Part shown: in pieces, positions 61,948-64,000 of the stretch
How the letters are laid out: every line of letters starts with the position of its first letter
Position numbering within the stretch: position 1 is the first letter of the stretch
The notes under the pieces: generated by a model
Databases searched by the model: none
Told to the model about the DNA's origin: nothing
The model's input: only the letters and a program-made list of their open reading frames with translations
Position numbers and translations under genes: made by a program
NCBI GenBank assembly: GCA_963815115.1
Contig: CAWFFN010000008.1
Coordinates: 352,001-416,000 of the forward strand
From: an uncultured delta proteobacterium
GTDB lineage: Bacteria > Desulfobacterota > Binatia > DP-6
Direction of reading: 5' to 3'
Length of the DNA stretch: 64,000 nt

Positions 61948-63570
61948 ATGACGCGATCGCCCTCGCTCGCCGAGGCACTCGTCCTCGTCACCCTCGTGGC
62001 CGCGCTCGTCCTCTGCTCGGGGCTGAACCGCTACCCGGTATGGGAGCCCGACGAGGCGCGCCACGCCGAGATCGGCCGCGAGATGCTCGCGGCGCCCGGC
62101 TGGGACGGCTGGGTGGTTCCCAGCCTCAACGGAGAGCCGTATCGCAACAAGCCGGCGCCCTTCTACTGGCTGGTCGGCGGCGCGTTCGCACTGCTCGGCG
62201 TGAACGAGCGCGCGGCGCGCCTAGTCTCCGCCATCGCGGGACTCGCGACCGTGCTCGCCGTGTCCTGGTGGGCGGCGGCACGATGGGGCACGCGCGTCGC
62301 GGTCGCCGCCGGCATCGTGCTGGTCACGGCGCTCGAGTTTGCGGTCCTGGGCCGGTTCGTGAGCCCGGACATGACGGTCACGCTGTGGACCACGCTCGGC
62401 GTCCTCGCGATGGAGCGCTTCGCGGAGCGGCCGGGCGCTTCGCTCGTTCCCGCCGCGATCGCGGCGGCGCTCGGGACGCTGTCGAAGGGTCTGGTCGCTC
62501 CGGTCGTCATCGGGAGCGTCGGGCTCGCGTATCTCGCCGCCCGGCACAGGCTCGGCCTCCTCACGCCGCGGCGCATCCTCGGCGCTGGCCTCACCTTCCT
62601 GGCGCTGGTGGCCCCATGGCACGTCGCGGCCGCGATGCTCGACCCGGGCTACCTGCACCAGCTCTACGTGGATCAGCACTGGCACCGCCTCGCCGGCGGC
62701 GGCCGCCGCCTGCACGCGCAATCCTTCCTCTTCTACGTCCCGGTGCTCCTCGCCGGCTTCTTCCCCTGGAGCGCGCTGCTGCCCGCCTCCCTGCTCGCGA
62801 CCCTGCGCCACGAGCGGCGAGGCGCCCCCGAGCTCCTGTGCGGCCTCTGGGCCGGCGTCGTGCTGCTCCTCTTCAGCCTCGCCCGGGGCAAGCTGGCCCC
62901 GTACATCCTCCCGGCCTTTCCGCCGCTGGCGCTGCTCACGGCCCGTCATCTGGAGCGCCTCGTGCGGGGCGGAGAGAGCGCGCGCGAACGGCACCTCACG
63001 CGCGCGGGGCTGTGGATCGCCGCCGGGGCGCTCGTGCTCTCGGTTCCCGCCGCCATCGGCATCGCCGTCAAGCTGTACGACGGCGTGCTCGTCCGGCCGA
63101 GCCTCGCGTCCCTCGTCGTCGTTCCGTTCGCGGCCGCCATCGTCCTGCTGCTGCGGCGCGGACGCATCCCGGAGGCGACGCTCGCCACGGCCGGCGCGAC
63201 GGCGAGCCTGCTCGTCCTGTTCTACACCTTCGGTGCGCCTCGCCTGGCGGACTTCTCGAGCCCGGTGCTCCTCGCCCGCACCGTCGCCGACACCCCGGGG
63301 CAGTCGGCCGCGCCGCTGGTCGCGTTTCACGTGCGCTCGCCCGCGATGAGCTTCTACGTCGGCCGGCCCGTGATGCTGATCGACCGGCCGCGTGCGCTGC
63401 GGGCGCTTCTCGCCGAGCACGAGCTCGTCTTCGTGGTCACGAGTCCCGAGCACGTGCCGCAGCTCCTCGCATCCGGCCCGTTCGTACCCTGGCAGATCGG
63501 CGCACGGCGCTCGCTGTACGCGTCGAGGCTGCCAGTAAACCTTGACTCGCTCGAGCACGCCGGGCGATAA
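61948..63570 (+). CDS. ArnT/PMT-like membrane glycosyltransferase
   Basis: DEARHAEIGREM, NKPAPFYWL, LSKG, KLAPYILP; many TM helices. Confidence 0.9.
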   Translation: MTRSPSLAEALVLVTLVAALVLCSGLNRYPVWEPDEARHAEIGREMLAAPGWDGWVVPSLNGEPYRNKPAPFYWLVGGAFALLGVNERAARLVSAIAGLATVLAVSWWAAARWGTRVAVAAGIVLVTALEFAVLGRFVSPDMTVTLWTTLGVLAMERFAERPGASLVPAAIAAALGTLSKGLVAPVVIGSVGLAYLAARHRLGLLTPRRILGAGLTFLALVAPWHVAAAMLDPGYLHQLYVDQHWHRLAGGGRRLHAQSFLFYVPVLLAGFFPWSALLPASLLATLRHERRGAPELLCGLWAGVVLLLFSLARGKLAPYILPAFPPLALLTARHLERLVRGGESARERHLTRAGLWIAAGALVLSVPAAIGIAVKLYDGVLVRPSLASLVVVPFAAAIVLLLRRGRIPEATLATAGATASLLVLFYTFGAPRLADFSSPVLLARTVADTPGQSAAPLVAFHVRSPAMSFYVGRPVMLIDRPRALRALLAEHELVFVVTSPEHVPQLLASGPFVPWQIGARRSLYASRLPVNLDSLEHAGR

Positions 63571-63579
63571 CGCGCGCGG

Positions 63580-64000
63580 ATGCTCCGCTTGCGCTTTCCG
63601 CCGCGCGCGTCGCGGCCGTCTGCGCCGGCGCTGCCGCCCGAGCTGCGCTGGGATGCCGCGCCGGAGACCGTCGCGCTGCTGCTCAGCAGGCGACAGTTCC
63701 TGCGCGCCGCGGCCGTCGTGCTCGGCGTGCTCGCGCTGCCGTACGGTCGGGCGGAACGCGCCTGGGCGCGCGCCAAGGGACGGTTCTTCACGCGCAGCGA
63801 GCGCGCGACGCTCGACGCGCTGTGCGACCGTATCCTGCCGCCCGACGACACGCCGGGCGCCGCAGCGCTCGGTGCCGGACGATACATCGAGATGATGCTC
63901 ACGGCGTTCGACCACGGCACGCCACGCATCTACGCCGGCGGTCCGTTCAGCGGACGGACGCCGTTCCCGAACAACAAGAAGGGTACGCCGTCCAAGCGCC
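63580..64000 (+). CDS. Gluconate 2-dehydrogenase subunit 3-like protein (partial, Tat signal)
   Basis: SRRQFLR, FFTRSERATLDALCDRILPPDDTPGA; runs off window end. Confidence 0.75.
   Translation, partial: MLRLRFPPRASRPSAPALPPELRWDAAPETVALLLSRRQFLRAAAVVLGVLALPYGRAERAWARAKGRFFTRSERATLDALCDRILPPDDTPGAAALGAGRYIEMMLTAFDHGTPRIYAGGPFSGRTPFPNNKKGTPSKR

Overview
This is a GC-rich (roughly 70% by eye) bacterial chromosome segment. Its gene content and Cys-rich poly-Thr secreted proteins suggest a Binatia/Deltaproteobacteria-like organism (inference). Left: clpX-clpP-tig-tRNA-Leu, peptidoglycan enzymes, TetR, and a tandem array of three ~720-aa mosaic secreted paralogs, each followed by the same hairpin. 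Centre (20765-41099): two tyrosine-integrase elements stacked at the 3' half of tRNA-Lys(CTT), plus the end of a third. Each has its own 8-bp arm-site doublet. Both complete elements also carry an internal att-core-like site with an inverted doublet that brackets a single cargo gene. The larger element has a Prim-Pol (IS3-disrupted), a helicase with four iteron-like repeats, and a nuclease-rich cargo (GIY-YIG-like, two HNH, HEPN-like), but no virion genes. Right: a tRNA cluster, rdgB-rph and ordinary metabolic genes including purE/purK and maf. Several single-base frameshifts, mostly in homopolymers and including one in purK, look like sequencing or assembly errors. All calls come from motif recognition; no database searches were run.
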